Positions 46,478 through 55,487 of a stretch of DNA of 64,000 bases are shown piece by piece. Position 1 is the first letter of the stretch. Every line of letters starts with the position of its first letter. Origin of the DNA: Patescibacteria group bacterium (GTDB lineage: Bacteria > Patescibacteriota > Microgenomatia > UBA12405); the NCBI GenBank assembly GCA_038062455.1, contig JBBTXE010000001.1, forward strand, positions 250,371-314,370, read 5' to 3'. Below the pieces are notes generated by a model. That model was not told where the DNA came from and made no database searches. It was given only the letters and a program-made list of their open reading frames with translations. Both the position numbers and the translations under genes were made by a program.

Positions 46478-47182
46478 CTATTTCAATAATCGATATTTTA
46501 CTAATGTCCAAATTGCCTCTACTCCATCCCTCAATTTAATTTTTTTTCCATCCACCCTTTTTCTCCCCCGATAAGATATCGGCACTTCCTCTATTTTTTG
46601 ACCACTTTTTGCTATCTTTGCTGTTACCTCGGGACAAAACTCAAATCTTTTACACTTCAGCTTCAAAGAATCCAATAATTTTCGGTCAATCATTTTGTAG
46701 CAAGTAGCTTCATCTGTAATTTTCAATCCATACAGAATATTTGTTAAAAAATTTAGAAAAGTTCCTCCCCAAAAATATATCCAACCTCCATGCTCAATTT
46801 TCTCCCTCGTCAATCTTCTTGACCCATAAACCACTCTCGTTCCCTTTATCCCAATCTTCTCCAACATCTTTTTAAAATCTTTTGGTTCATATTCCAAATC
46901 GGCATCCTGAACCACCACCACCTCACCGGTACACCGTTCAAAGCCAGTTCTCAATGCCGTTCCTTTCCCTTGATTTTTTTTATGAAAAATTACCTTATAT
47001 TTATTAGAAAGTTTTTCCAATATTTCCCTTGTCCCATCAGTTGATCCATCATCAACAATTATTATTTCCTTTTTTACTTTCCCAATATCGGCTCTCTCTA
47101 CTTTTTTTATAATTTTTTCTATTGTTTTCTCCTCGTTAAAAACCGGCACTACCACCGATAATCTTTTTACAATCATATCCAA
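46478..47182 (-). CDS. Family-2 glycosyltransferase, polyprenyl-phosphate sugar synthase (DPM1/GtrB)-like
   Basis: LSVVVPVFNEEKTIEKII, IIIVDDGSTDGT, NQGKGTALRTGF, VVVQDADLEYEP. The track start is TTG 47182; ATG 47176 is the alternative. Confidence 0.8.
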   Translation of the reverse strand: MDMIVKRLSVVVPVFNEEKTIEKIIKKVERADIGKVKKEIIIVDDGSTDGTREILEKLSNKYKVIFHKKNQGKGTALRTGFERCTGEVVVVQDADLEYEPKDFKKMLEKIGIKGTRVVYGSRRLTREKIEHGGWIYFWGGTFLNFLTNILYGLKITDEATCYKMIDRKLLDSLKLKCKRFEFCPEVTAKIAKSGQKIEEVPISYRGRKRVDGKKIKLRDGVEAIWTLVKYRLLK

Positions 47183-47187
47183 AGTTT

Positions 47188-47193
47188 ATTATA
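47188..47193 (-). promoter_or_regulatory. Consensus -10 box TATAAT upstream of the minus-strand GT2 gene
   Basis: The complement of attata at 47188-47193 lies 5 nt upstream of TTG 47182 and 11 nt upstream of ATG 47176. The divergent spacer is only 12-18 bp. Confidence 0.4.
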
Positions 47194-47194
47194 C

Positions 47195-48586
47195 TTGATA
47201 GTGGGACAAATTTTACTTCTATTTATTTTTTCTTTTTTTCGACTATATCAACTTCCCAACTCCCTCTTTTTCTTCAATGACTGGGGACGCGACATGCTGG
47301 TTCTTCTCAAATGGCAACAGACTGGTCTCCCCCCGCTTTTGGGTCCTCTCACCAGCGCTCTTCCTTTCAACCAAAGCGCTGTCTATTTCTACCTTCTTTA
47401 CCCCGGATATCTCCTCTTTGGCGGTCACCCCATATCTTCCGTTTTTACCTTAATCATTTTTTATCTAATTGTTTTTGTATTCCTTTTTGTCTTTCTTAAA
47501 AAAAATTCAAATCTTGCAACTTCTCTTCTTATAACTTTTTATCTAATTTCCGTTCACCCCCAATTTATCATCCAAAATCGTTTTGTCTGGAACCCATCTT
47601 TTATCCCGCCGCTTATTTTTGTCTCTATTTATTCTTTTTACCAACTTCAAAAAAAATATTCTCTATTTTCTCTCTGGGTTTTTTCCCTCTCCATCAGCCT
47701 GGCCATATCCCTTTCATATTCAGCCGCGCCGCTGCTAATTTCTCTCTTTATCTATTGGCTGATTTTTTCCCGCCAAAAGATAAAACAATATCTATTTTCC
47801 CTGTTTTCCGGATTTTTCCTGTTTAACCTACCTACCCTCTTGTTTGAAATCCGTCATTCATTTTTTCTGACTAATCAGCTCTTAAACCAAAGCCCGGCCA
47901 ATCAATACAATAATGATTTTATTTCCCGGCTAAACTCGATCATTTCCAATCTATTCTTCACCAATAACCCACCACTAAATCAGGCCTTGTTTTTTTCATT
48001 TATATTAATTATCTTCATCGTTGTTTACTTTCATCGTCACCAGAGGGGATTATCATTTTATTTTTCCTGCCTGTTTCTAATAACTCTTTTGATTTCTCTT
48101 CTTTTGCCTCTCACCTTTCACTACCAATATATTTTCCCTCTTCTCTGTCTGGCTATTTTAGTCATTTCCGCTTTACCCAAACTACCAAAAATATTACTGG
48201 TCTTGTTGCTGTCGTATCACTACTTAAAACCGGCCACTCTCCAAAACTACTTTAAACCGGCCCGAAGAACTTATGCCCAAATGAATCAATGCGCCAAAGA
48301 TTTTTGTCAAAATTTCAAAGAACCGATCTTTGTCAGTACCCAAGCCTCTTTTCATTCTTTTCACAACGGACCGGAACATCGTTATCTCCTTCGAAAAAAC
48401 GGTTGTAATGTCCGCGATATCGAAACCGAAAACGGCCAAGCCCAATATATGGCCGTAGTTATTGACGATAGCAGCTTCAGTTCTCGAACCACCTATTACG
48501 AACTGGAACTTTTTGGTAAATTCACCGACCGGAAAACTATCGATTGTCTGCCAAACTTCAAGATAAAAGTCCTGAAGAGAAATTAA
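47195..48586 (+). CDS. Polytopic membrane protein with a C-terminal soluble domain, function unknown (GT-C-like architecture)
   Basis: 463 aa with at least 10 hydrophobic segments, then about 110 aa of soluble sequence. TTG 47195 or GTG 47201 as start; TATACT at 47190-47195 lies -11..-6 of the GTG. Confidence 0.4.
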   Translation: MIVGQILLLFIFSFFRLYQLPNSLFFFNDWGRDMLVLLKWQQTGLPPLLGPLTSALPFNQSAVYFYLLYPGYLLFGGHPISSVFTLIIFYLIVFVFLFVFLKKNSNLATSLLITFYLISVHPQFIIQNRFVWNPSFIPPLIFVSIYSFYQLQKKYSLFSLWVFSLSISLAISLSYSAAPLLISLFIYWLIFSRQKIKQYLFSLFSGFFLFNLPTLLFEIRHSFFLTNQLLNQSPANQYNNDFISRLNSIISNLFFTNNPPLNQALFFSFILIIFIVVYFHRHQRGLSFYFSCLFLITLLISLLLPLTFHYQYIFPLLCLAILVISALPKLPKILLVLLLSYHYLKPATLQNYFKPARRTYAQMNQCAKDFCQNFKEPIFVSTQASFHSFHNGPEHRYLLRKNGCNVRDIETENGQAQYMAVVIDDSSFSSRTTYYELELFGKFTDRKTIDCLPNFKIKVLKRN

Positions 48587-48598
48587 TATAATTTCAAC

Positions 48599-49657
48599 TT
48601 ACCTAAAATACGTCTTCAACGCAAAACAATACTGTTCCAAAAATAACCTTTTTACATGATATAGATTATTTGTTTCATAAAACAACAACATCGCCTCTTT
48701 GTATTCATTTTCATCCACACTCCGGTACGAAAGAGGGAAGTAATCATTGGCCATCAAAATTGCGTTTGAAAACATCCTCGCCGTTCGCTTGTTTCCATCC
48801 GCAAATGGCTGCAAATAGGCTATAACACTGTTGGCAATCAAGGCTTTCTCCAGCGGATATTCCGTAATATTGATCAAAGTAATTAGTTTCTCTAACATTT
48901 CTCTTATTTGCCACTCGTTATCAAGAGGACGATAAAGTGTCCCCGTAATACCCACCGCATTCTTTCGAATTCCCGAAGATATTTCCAAATTTTGGGTCAA
49001 AACATTATGCAACTCCAATAAGTTATTTAGCTTTAAAACCTTAAAATCGATCGTATTATTCAAAATTACTTTAAACGCTTGTTTATGATTCAAGATCATG
49101 TCCGCTTCTGCCTTTGTTTTCCCCTCCGCCTCTTTCTCTTGCTTTATCAGCGCTTCAGTTTCCAAAAGTGTATAAGTATTCCCCTCGATTTTTGAAGACT
49201 TCCACGATAACTCAATTAAAAACCTTTCCAACTCTCTAGCTAAAATAGTTTTATCAAGCGTCTTTTTTACCTCACCAAAAGATCTAAAAGATGATTTTAA
49301 CAACAGCTTTTCATCCCCCACAAATAGGTCTCTTAATTTATCAAAAACATCCGTTTGAAAGACCGTTTTTACATTAACTCGGCGATCAGCTTCAGTTTGA
49401 AAATACAAATCCAAATCGACAGACCTTAACAACAAATGTATTGATGCCAAAGAATATGTTCGATGGGGACCGTTCCCGATTGCTTTTATTAAATTGGCGA
49501 CCAACATCTCTTTTAGATCGCGGGCAACTGTTGCTTTTGAAACCGGATATTTTACTTGCATCGCCAACGAGATCTGTTCCCGTGACAATAAGTTGCTCTC
49601 CGACAACAAATTTAAAATTATTTTTTGCCTTTGGCTTAAAGCTATCGTCTCATTCAT
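48599..49657 (-). CDS. Fic-domain protein with an N-terminal winged-HTH and a degenerate active-site motif
   Basis: 352 aa. N-terminal HTH-like region (LSREQIS..VSKATVARDLKEM). Inhibitory-helix-like SSKIEGN. The Fic motif reads QPFADGNKRTAR instead of HPFxDGNxR. Confidence 0.75.
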   Translation of the reverse strand: MNETIALSQRQKIILNLLSESNLLSREQISLAMQVKYPVSKATVARDLKEMLVANLIKAIGNGPHRTYSLASIHLLLRSVDLDLYFQTEADRRVNVKTVFQTDVFDKLRDLFVGDEKLLLKSSFRSFGEVKKTLDKTILARELERFLIELSWKSSKIEGNTYTLLETEALIKQEKEAEGKTKAEADMILNHKQAFKVILNNTIDFKVLKLNNLLELHNVLTQNLEISSGIRKNAVGITGTLYRPLDNEWQIREMLEKLITLINITEYPLEKALIANSVIAYLQPFADGNKRTARMFSNAILMANDYFPLSYRSVDENEYKEAMLLFYETNNLYHVKRLFLEQYCFALKTYFR

Positions 49658-49687
49658 ATGCTTTTATCGTCTCATAATGAGACGATA
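49643..49687. promoter_or_regulatory. Three copies of the 11-mer TATCGTCTCAT (two direct, one inverted) forming a 23-bp perfect palindrome next to the Fic start codon
   Basis: Copies at 49643-49653 (within codons 2-5 of the Fic gene) and 49665-49675, plus the inverted copy atgagacgata at 49677-49687. The palindrome spans 49665-49687. Confidence 0.6.
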
Positions 49688-49749
49688 CCTGCAAACACTA
49701 ATTCACCGACAGAATTAATCAAGTTATGGCTACTAATAAATAAATTTTT

Positions 49750-51039
49750 TTATCTGCCCACCGAGATATAGTTAAAACCCATTTCCTTCATCTTACTTAC
49801 CTCAAATACATTTCTCCCATCCACCACATTTGGCTGACTCATTAGTTCTTTTATTTTTTCGAGATCTACTTCGCCAAACTGTTTCCAATTGGTAACTATT
49901 ACCAGACACTCCGCTTTATCAGCCGAAGCATATAAATCATCTACAAAATCTACGTTTCCCAACATATTTTTGGCTGTTTCCTTAGCCGCCGGATCAAACA
50001 CCCGTACCTTTGCCCTGCTGTCCTGCAGCTGTTTTATTACCGTCAGAGACGGCGCTTCCCTCACATCATCAGTTTCCGCTTTAAACGCCAAACCCCAAAC
50101 GGTAATCTGTTTTCCGTTTAAATTCTCACCCAAAAGTCTCTTTATCTTTGGCAGCAATGAAGCTTTTTGCTCTTCGTTAGTTTTTTCCGTCGATTCTAAA
50201 ATATCAAAGCTTGTTCCGTTGTCACGGGCAATTTGTATCAAGGCCTTAACATCTTTGGGAAAACAGGATCCGCCATAACCCACCCCGGCCTCCAAAAAAG
50301 CATATTTTCCAATCCGCCGATCAAGCTTCATTCCTTTGGCCACCTCAACTACATCCGCTCCCACTTTTTCACAAATATTGGCAATTGAGTTTATAAATGA
50401 TATTTCGGTAGCCAACAGCGAGTTTGACGCATATTTAATCATCTCCGCCGTTTTAACATTGGTCAAAACCCTCTCGCCCGGCAGGGAAAAGTAAAGCTCC
50501 AAAATTATCTCCCGGGCTTTTCCCTCCCCATTTCCAATCACTATCCGATCCGGATTCATAAAGTCATAAACCGCACTCCCTTCCCGCAAAAATTCCGGAT
50601 TGGAAACCACTTCAAACTCACCTTTAAAATATTTTTTAATAATATCGGCCACTACATCTCCGGTACCGATTGGCACTGTTGATTTATTAACAATTACCTT
50701 ATAACCGTTCATTGACCGTCCGATTGACTCGGCTGCTGACTTAACATAGTCAAGATTGACCGAACCATCAGATAAAGATGGAGTCCCCACCGCTATGAAA
50801 ATCACCTCACTTTGAACTACTGCCTTAGCCACTTCTATTTCAAAATTCAAATTTTTGGAATAATTCCTTTTTACAATCTCCTCCAAACCCGGTTCATAAA
50901 TTGGAATAACCCCCTTTTTTAGGGCTTCGATTTTATCTTTATCTATGTCTACCCCGATTACCCGATGTCCAATATCCGCCAGACAAGCCGCAGTTACTAA
51001 ACCGACATAACCAACCCCGACAACTGTTACTTTTTTCAT
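49750..51039 (-). CDS. ugd: UDP-glucose 6-dehydrogenase
   Basis: 429 aa. VTVVGVGYVGLVTAACLA, NPEFLREGSAV, GYGGSCFPKD (catalytic Cys), WGLAFKAETDDVREAP. Confidence 0.9.
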   Translation of the reverse strand: MKKVTVVGVGYVGLVTAACLADIGHRVIGVDIDKDKIEALKKGVIPIYEPGLEEIVKRNYSKNLNFEIEVAKAVVQSEVIFIAVGTPSLSDGSVNLDYVKSAAESIGRSMNGYKVIVNKSTVPIGTGDVVADIIKKYFKGEFEVVSNPEFLREGSAVYDFMNPDRIVIGNGEGKAREIILELYFSLPGERVLTNVKTAEMIKYASNSLLATEISFINSIANICEKVGADVVEVAKGMKLDRRIGKYAFLEAGVGYGGSCFPKDVKALIQIARDNGTSFDILESTEKTNEEQKASLLPKIKRLLGENLNGKQITVWGLAFKAETDDVREAPSLTVIKQLQDSRAKVRVFDPAAKETAKNMLGNVDFVDDLYASADKAECLVIVTNWKQFGEVDLEKIKELMSQPNVVDGRNVFEVSKMKEMGFNYISVGR

Positions 51040-51041
51040 AA

Positions 51042-52013
51042 TTATTTAGCTTTCCGTTGATGCCACCTCCAGGCACTTTCTACAATTTTGGCAATCTCTG
51101 GATATTGCGGCTGCCAACCAAGTTCGGACTTTATTTTATCAGACAAGGCCACTAATATCGCCGGATCACCCGCCCGCCGATCTGTTTCGACTATCGTAAA
51201 TTTTCTACCGGTCACTTTTTTTATCGCGGTTATCACCTCTCTTACCGAAAAACCTTTGCCGTTGCCCAAATTATAAACATTACTTTTATTAGTCTCCAGA
51301 AGTTTTTTTAAGGCCAAAACATGGGCCGTCGCTAAATCCGACACATGAATATAATCTCTAACAGGGGTTCCATCCGGAGTTGGATAATCAGTTCCAAAAA
51401 TTCCAATTTCACTTCTAGCCCCAATAGCTGCATCCAAAACCAATGGAATTAAATTTTGGCCTGAACCCGGCCATTCTCCCACATCTCCATCTAAGTCAGC
51501 TCCGCAGGCATTAAAATAACGCAGGATAACATGCTTAAGACCATAAGCCGTATCAAAATCAGCCAACATTTTTTCTATAATATATTTTGTTTGACCATAA
51601 GGATTAATCGGAGCCAAAGGATGCTTTTCATCAATCGGCATATATTGCGGAGTCCCATAAACCGCCGCCGAAGATGAAAAAATAAAATATTTAACCCCTT
51701 TTTCTTTCATCACTTCCAATAAATTAAGAGTATTGACTACATTATTCCGATAGTATTTAGCCGGATTTTCCACTGATTCTCCGACTGCTTTTGAAGCGGC
51801 AAAATGCATCACTGCTTCAATCTCATATCTATCAAAAATTTCCCATAATTTATTTTTGTCTGCCAAATCAGCTTCCACCAGCTCGCCCCACTTAACCAAC
51901 TCTTTTTTTCCGGTAGATAAATTATCTAAAACTAAAGTTTTGTAACCCTGTTTATTTAATTCCTTATTAATATGGGAGCCAATATATCCCGCCCCGCCGA
52001 CAATTAAAATCAT
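51042..52013 (-). CDS. galE: UDP-glucose 4-epimerase
   Basis: 323 aa. ILIVGGAGYIGSH, FSSSAAVYG, NPYGQTKY (YxxxK), LRYFNACGAD. Confidence 0.9.
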   Translation of the reverse strand: MILIVGGAGYIGSHINKELNKQGYKTLVLDNLSTGKKELVKWGELVEADLADKNKLWEIFDRYEIEAVMHFAASKAVGESVENPAKYYRNNVVNTLNLLEVMKEKGVKYFIFSSSAAVYGTPQYMPIDEKHPLAPINPYGQTKYIIEKMLADFDTAYGLKHVILRYFNACGADLDGDVGEWPGSGQNLIPLVLDAAIGARSEIGIFGTDYPTPDGTPVRDYIHVSDLATAHVLALKKLLETNKSNVYNLGNGKGFSVREVITAIKKVTGRKFTIVETDRRAGDPAILVALSDKIKSELGWQPQYPEIAKIVESAWRWHQRKAK

Positions 52014-52019
52014 AATTAG

Positions 52020-52025
52020 ATTATA
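52020..52025 (-). promoter_or_regulatory. Consensus -10 box TATAAT exactly 6 nt upstream of the galE ATG
   Basis: The complement of attata at 52020-52025 occupies -12..-7 of ATG 52013. No Shine-Dalgarno sequence. Confidence 0.5.
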
Positions 52026-52067
52026 AGATGAAAAGATTAAAACTTACAACTTATCATCTTTTCATCT
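52026..52067. promoter_or_regulatory. 12-bp perfect inverted repeat with an 18-nt spacer between the flippase-like gene and galE
   Basis: agatgaaaagat at 52026-52037 and atcttttcatct at 52056-52067. It abuts the putative galE -10 box. Confidence 0.5.
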
Positions 52068-52069
52068 AT

Positions 52070-52993
52070 TTATAACCAAAGTAATAAACCGCCGATCAAT
52101 GAACTAATAACCCCCAACACTCCGCTAAAGGTCGACACTAACAAAATCTTTTCTACCGGTAACCCCAACTGACCAAAAAAATATAAATATAACTGTTCCC
52201 GGGCACCAAAACCGGCAACAGAAATCGGCAGTATCAAAATCAAGGCAATCACCGGCATAAAAATAAACACCTGCAACAAAGTCAAGGGTAAACCAAAAAG
52301 CTTGACAATAAAAAAGCTCCATACCATCCAGGCTGGTTCGGCGATTAATGATATTCCCAAACAAGATAATAATCTGCCTTTGTTTCCGCCCCGCAATAAC
52401 TCAGCCAGCTCGGACAGCCTGGAAAGATACTTAAACTTTTTTAAAATTACCGAAAAATCCACCGTGTAAGTCAAACAGTAAAATACCACTAACCCAAAAT
52501 TTATCCCCAAGAACAACCATAACAGAAAACCCGGGAATTGATATCCCAGACTCTTCCCGATAATTAAAGCCACCAGCGCTTCCAGTGAAAAAGCGGTCAA
52601 ACCAACCAAACGGTCAATCAAAGCCGTTCCGGCCAACCTGACTTTACTCACCTTTGGATACTTTTTTAAAAGTGATGTCCACTTTAGTAAATCACCTGCC
52701 AACGGCGTCGGGAAAAACAAACTATAAAAAGATCCTACATAAGCCGCTTTAGTAAATGCCAACACGTCCGTTATCCCTACCTTATCCAGTGCCAATAAGC
52801 ACCACCTCCACCCGCCCAAGATTATTATCAATCCTAAATATATAACCAAACCCAGCGTCGCCCACCAGGGAACCAAAATTAATTCTTTTCCCAGACTCAA
52901 TATATCAACTTTTCGGAAAGCGAAATATAGTAAAATCGCCGACAATCCCACCCGAAATAGTTTTAAATGCCAGATACGAATCCAAAATTGCAT
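52070..52993 (-). CDS. UPF0104 / lysyl-PG-synthase-TM-like (flippase-like) membrane protein
   Basis: 307 aa with about 8 TM segments. GGWRW near TM2 and ISVAGFGAREQ near the C-terminus, as I recall for this family. Confidence 0.6.
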   Translation of the reverse strand: MQFWIRIWHLKLFRVGLSAILLYFAFRKVDILSLGKELILVPWWATLGLVIYLGLIIILGGWRWCLLALDKVGITDVLAFTKAAYVGSFYSLFFPTPLAGDLLKWTSLLKKYPKVSKVRLAGTALIDRLVGLTAFSLEALVALIIGKSLGYQFPGFLLWLFLGINFGLVVFYCLTYTVDFSVILKKFKYLSRLSELAELLRGGNKGRLLSCLGISLIAEPAWMVWSFFIVKLFGLPLTLLQVFIFMPVIALILILPISVAGFGAREQLYLYFFGQLGLPVEKILLVSTFSGVLGVISSLIGGLLLWL

Positions 52994-53012
52994 GTAATCT
53001 ATACTATAACAA

Positions 53013-54179
53013 ATGGCCCGAATTCTGCTTCTTACCCATATCTACCCACCAGCCATTGACGGCGGCTCCAGAGTAATAAGTAAAATTGGGAAATACCTTT
53101 CTAAGCAAAACCACCAAATATTAATAGTCACCAGCGACTGCCGCTCAACTGACGACTTTACCCGCCGACACTCTTTGATATTTCACGCCCAACCTCATAT
53201 TCTTCGTTTACCGGTTTACACTTTTCTTCACCGCCCCCTCAAACTCATGTCAACCACCCTTTCTAAAGGACCAATATTCAAATTAATTTCCTTTTTAAAA
53301 GCTCTCAGAAGTATTATCTGTTTTTCTCCTGATCTGATTATCGCTGGCCCCCTGCCAACCACCATCATTTTATATGCCAATCTTATCCGTTTTATCACCA
53401 AAGCTCTAACGCACCAAAGCACTAAATTGCTAATTAACGCTTCTTTTCATCCCACCGACCCCGACTTTAATAAACCCTCCCTATTAAAAGTTTTAAAATC
53501 GGCTGATTACATTTGGACCCTAACCAAATATGAAACTGACTATTTCCAAAACCAACTAAATATTCCCAAACAAAAATTACTTCTTCTGGGAAACGGTGTC
53601 GACAATAACTTTTTACAAAAAAAAGCCAAAAAGATCTCTTTAAAAACTACCAACTTATTATTTGTCGGCTCCTTCGCCGCCCACAAAGGACTGGATACTC
53701 TAATAAATGCCTTTGCTCTGCTTCCTCCTTCCATCACCCTCACCCTCGCCGGTCAACCAACCCTCTACTTCCCCGCCATAAAAAAACAAATTAACTCCCT
53801 GCCCGCCGGTATTAAAAAAAGAATTAAAATTATTCAAAGTTTTCCTTCTGCTCACCTTTCCCGACTTATCGACATATCATCTATTTTAATTCTTCCCTCC
53901 CGTCAGGAAAGTTTCGGACTGGTTTTAATTGAAGCCCTGGCCCGAAAAACCCCCATAATTACCGCCGACATCCCCCAGCTTTTTGAGCTAATATCCAAAA
54001 CCAATGGGGGACTTACATTTAAACGTAACTCCCCCGGGGACCTTGCCAAACAAATACAAAAACTTATCTCCCAACCCCAACTTTCAAAAACTTTGGGACA
54101 AAACGGATTCAATTATGTTTCAAAACACTATACCTGGGATAAAATAGGGAAGGATCTATGCCAAAAATTATCTTTATAA
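53013..54179 (+). CDS. Family-4 glycosyltransferase
   Basis: 388 aa. FVGSFAAHKGLD and PSRQESFGLVLIEALARKTPII blocks. TATACT at -13..-8 of the ATG. Confidence 0.8.
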   Translation: MARILLLTHIYPPAIDGGSRVISKIGKYLSKQNHQILIVTSDCRSTDDFTRRHSLIFHAQPHILRLPVYTFLHRPLKLMSTTLSKGPIFKLISFLKALRSIICFSPDLIIAGPLPTTIILYANLIRFITKALTHQSTKLLINASFHPTDPDFNKPSLLKVLKSADYIWTLTKYETDYFQNQLNIPKQKLLLLGNGVDNNFLQKKAKKISLKTTNLLFVGSFAAHKGLDTLINAFALLPPSITLTLAGQPTLYFPAIKKQINSLPAGIKKRIKIIQSFPSAHLSRLIDISSILILPSRQESFGLVLIEALARKTPIITADIPQLFELISKTNGGLTFKRNSPGDLAKQIQKLISQPQLSKTLGQNGFNYVSKHYTWDKIGKDLCQKLSL

Positions 54180-54610
54180 TCTTAGTTTTTTTTATTATAT
54201 TTTTTATATATAGAATCTTTTATTCATCTAAATTTCAAAGCCTAAATATTGACATCAAAGGTCAAAGTTTTAATTTAGAAGTTGCCAAATCACTTACTCA
54301 AATTACTAAAGGTTTAAGTAATCGAACTTCTCTTTGCCCCAATTGCGGTATGATTTTTGTTTTTCCCTCCCCGCAAATCCTTTCTTTTTGGATGAAAGAT
54401 ACTCTCATTCCTCTCGATATAATTTTTTTAGACTCAAAAAGTCAAATTGTTAACTTTGTCACTGCCGAACCCGAACCTAATGTCCCTGACAATAAACTGA
54501 TACTTTTCCAAAGCAAATCTCCTGCTAACTTTGCCATCGAAATCCCTGCCGGTACCATCCAAAAATTAAATTTAACTCCGGGTGACCAAATTAACCTATA
54601 TGGACTTTAG
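54158..54610 (+). CDS. DUF192-family protein with an N-terminal signal anchor
   Basis: 150 aa. GLSNRTSL..GMIFVF..WMKDTLIPLDIIFLD pattern typical of DUF192/COG1430. Confidence 0.65.
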   Translation: MPKIIFIILVFFIIFFIYRIFYSSKFQSLNIDIKGQSFNLEVAKSLTQITKGLSNRTSLCPNCGMIFVFPSPQILSFWMKDTLIPLDIIFLDSKSQIVNFVTAEPEPNVPDNKLILFQSKSPANFAIEIPAGTIQKLNLTPGDQINLYGL

Positions 54611-55487
54611 TGTCATTATTCCCAACTTCAACGGAGCTCAATTTCTAACTAATTTCCTTAAATCATTATTAGCCGCCGCCAAACATTGTCCCGGTACCAA
54701 TCTGGAAATTATCCTTTCTGATAATGCCAGTACCGACAATAGTCTCTCTGTTTTTAAGAAATATTCAGATAAATTTATTGTCCATCAAACAAACTTGGGT
54801 TTTGGTGAAGCCGTAAATCGCGGTGTCAAACTCGCCACCAAACCCTATATAATAGTCGCCAACAACGACCTTAAACTAGATCAAGGTTGGTTTATTGAAA
54901 TAACCAAAATAATTAACAAATCCCCTAAAGTTGCTTGCTTTTACGGTTTAGTCTTAAACAAAACCGGAGACCGGATCGAATCAGAAGGTTTTAAATTTTT
55001 TTCATCCGGCCGCTGCGTAAATATCAACAATGGCCAGAAATTCGTAATTCGTAATTTGAAATTATTAATTCCTCAAAATATCTGGGGTGCTCCGGCTTCC
55101 CTTATTGTCTATCGGCGCTCCGTCTTTGAGAAACTGAATGGTTTTGATTCCCGATTTTTTGCCTACATCGAAGACGTTGATCTGGCCTACCGCCTTCATC
55201 ACGCCGGTTTTATTACCTCCTACATTCCCCAAGCCATTTCTTATCACCTTGGCGGTGCTACCAGCCATAAAATGGGTAATCTTCGTGCTTACATGACTCT
55301 TAGAAACTGGTTATTTTTCATTAAAAAAAATTACTCCAAAAAACAAATTATTTTTAATTTTCCGGCTATTTTTTTTGAAAGACTAAAAAACTTAAAATAT
55401 TTTTTTATTTCCACTCCCGGTAAACTCTGGCTACCTCAAATTAGAACAATTTGGATAGATCTGTTAAACTTTGATCACAAATTATGA
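54600..55487 (+). CDS. Family-2 glycosyltransferase (rhamnosyltransferase-like)
   Basis: FSVIIPNFNGAQFL, ILSDNASTDNS, GFGEAVNRG, FFAYIEDVDLAYRL. ATG 54600 is preferred over 54582. Confidence 0.8.
   Translation: MDFSVIIPNFNGAQFLTNFLKSLLAAAKHCPGTNLEIILSDNASTDNSLSVFKKYSDKFIVHQTNLGFGEAVNRGVKLATKPYIIVANNDLKLDQGWFIEITKIINKSPKVACFYGLVLNKTGDRIESEGFKFFSSGRCVNINNGQKFVIRNLKLLIPQNIWGAPASLIVYRRSVFEKLNGFDSRFFAYIEDVDLAYRLHHAGFITSYIPQAISYHLGGATSHKMGNLRAYMTLRNWLFFIKKNYSKKQIIFNFPAIFFERLKNLKYFFISTPGKLWLPQIRTIWIDLLNFDHKL

Noticed and set aside
49665-49687. The 23-bp palindrome as a rho-independent terminator for ugd
   Set aside because: No U-run follows the stem on the transcribed (minus) strand, where the next bases are AAAAG, nor on the plus strand. 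Its position next to the Fic start fits an operator or RNA switch better.
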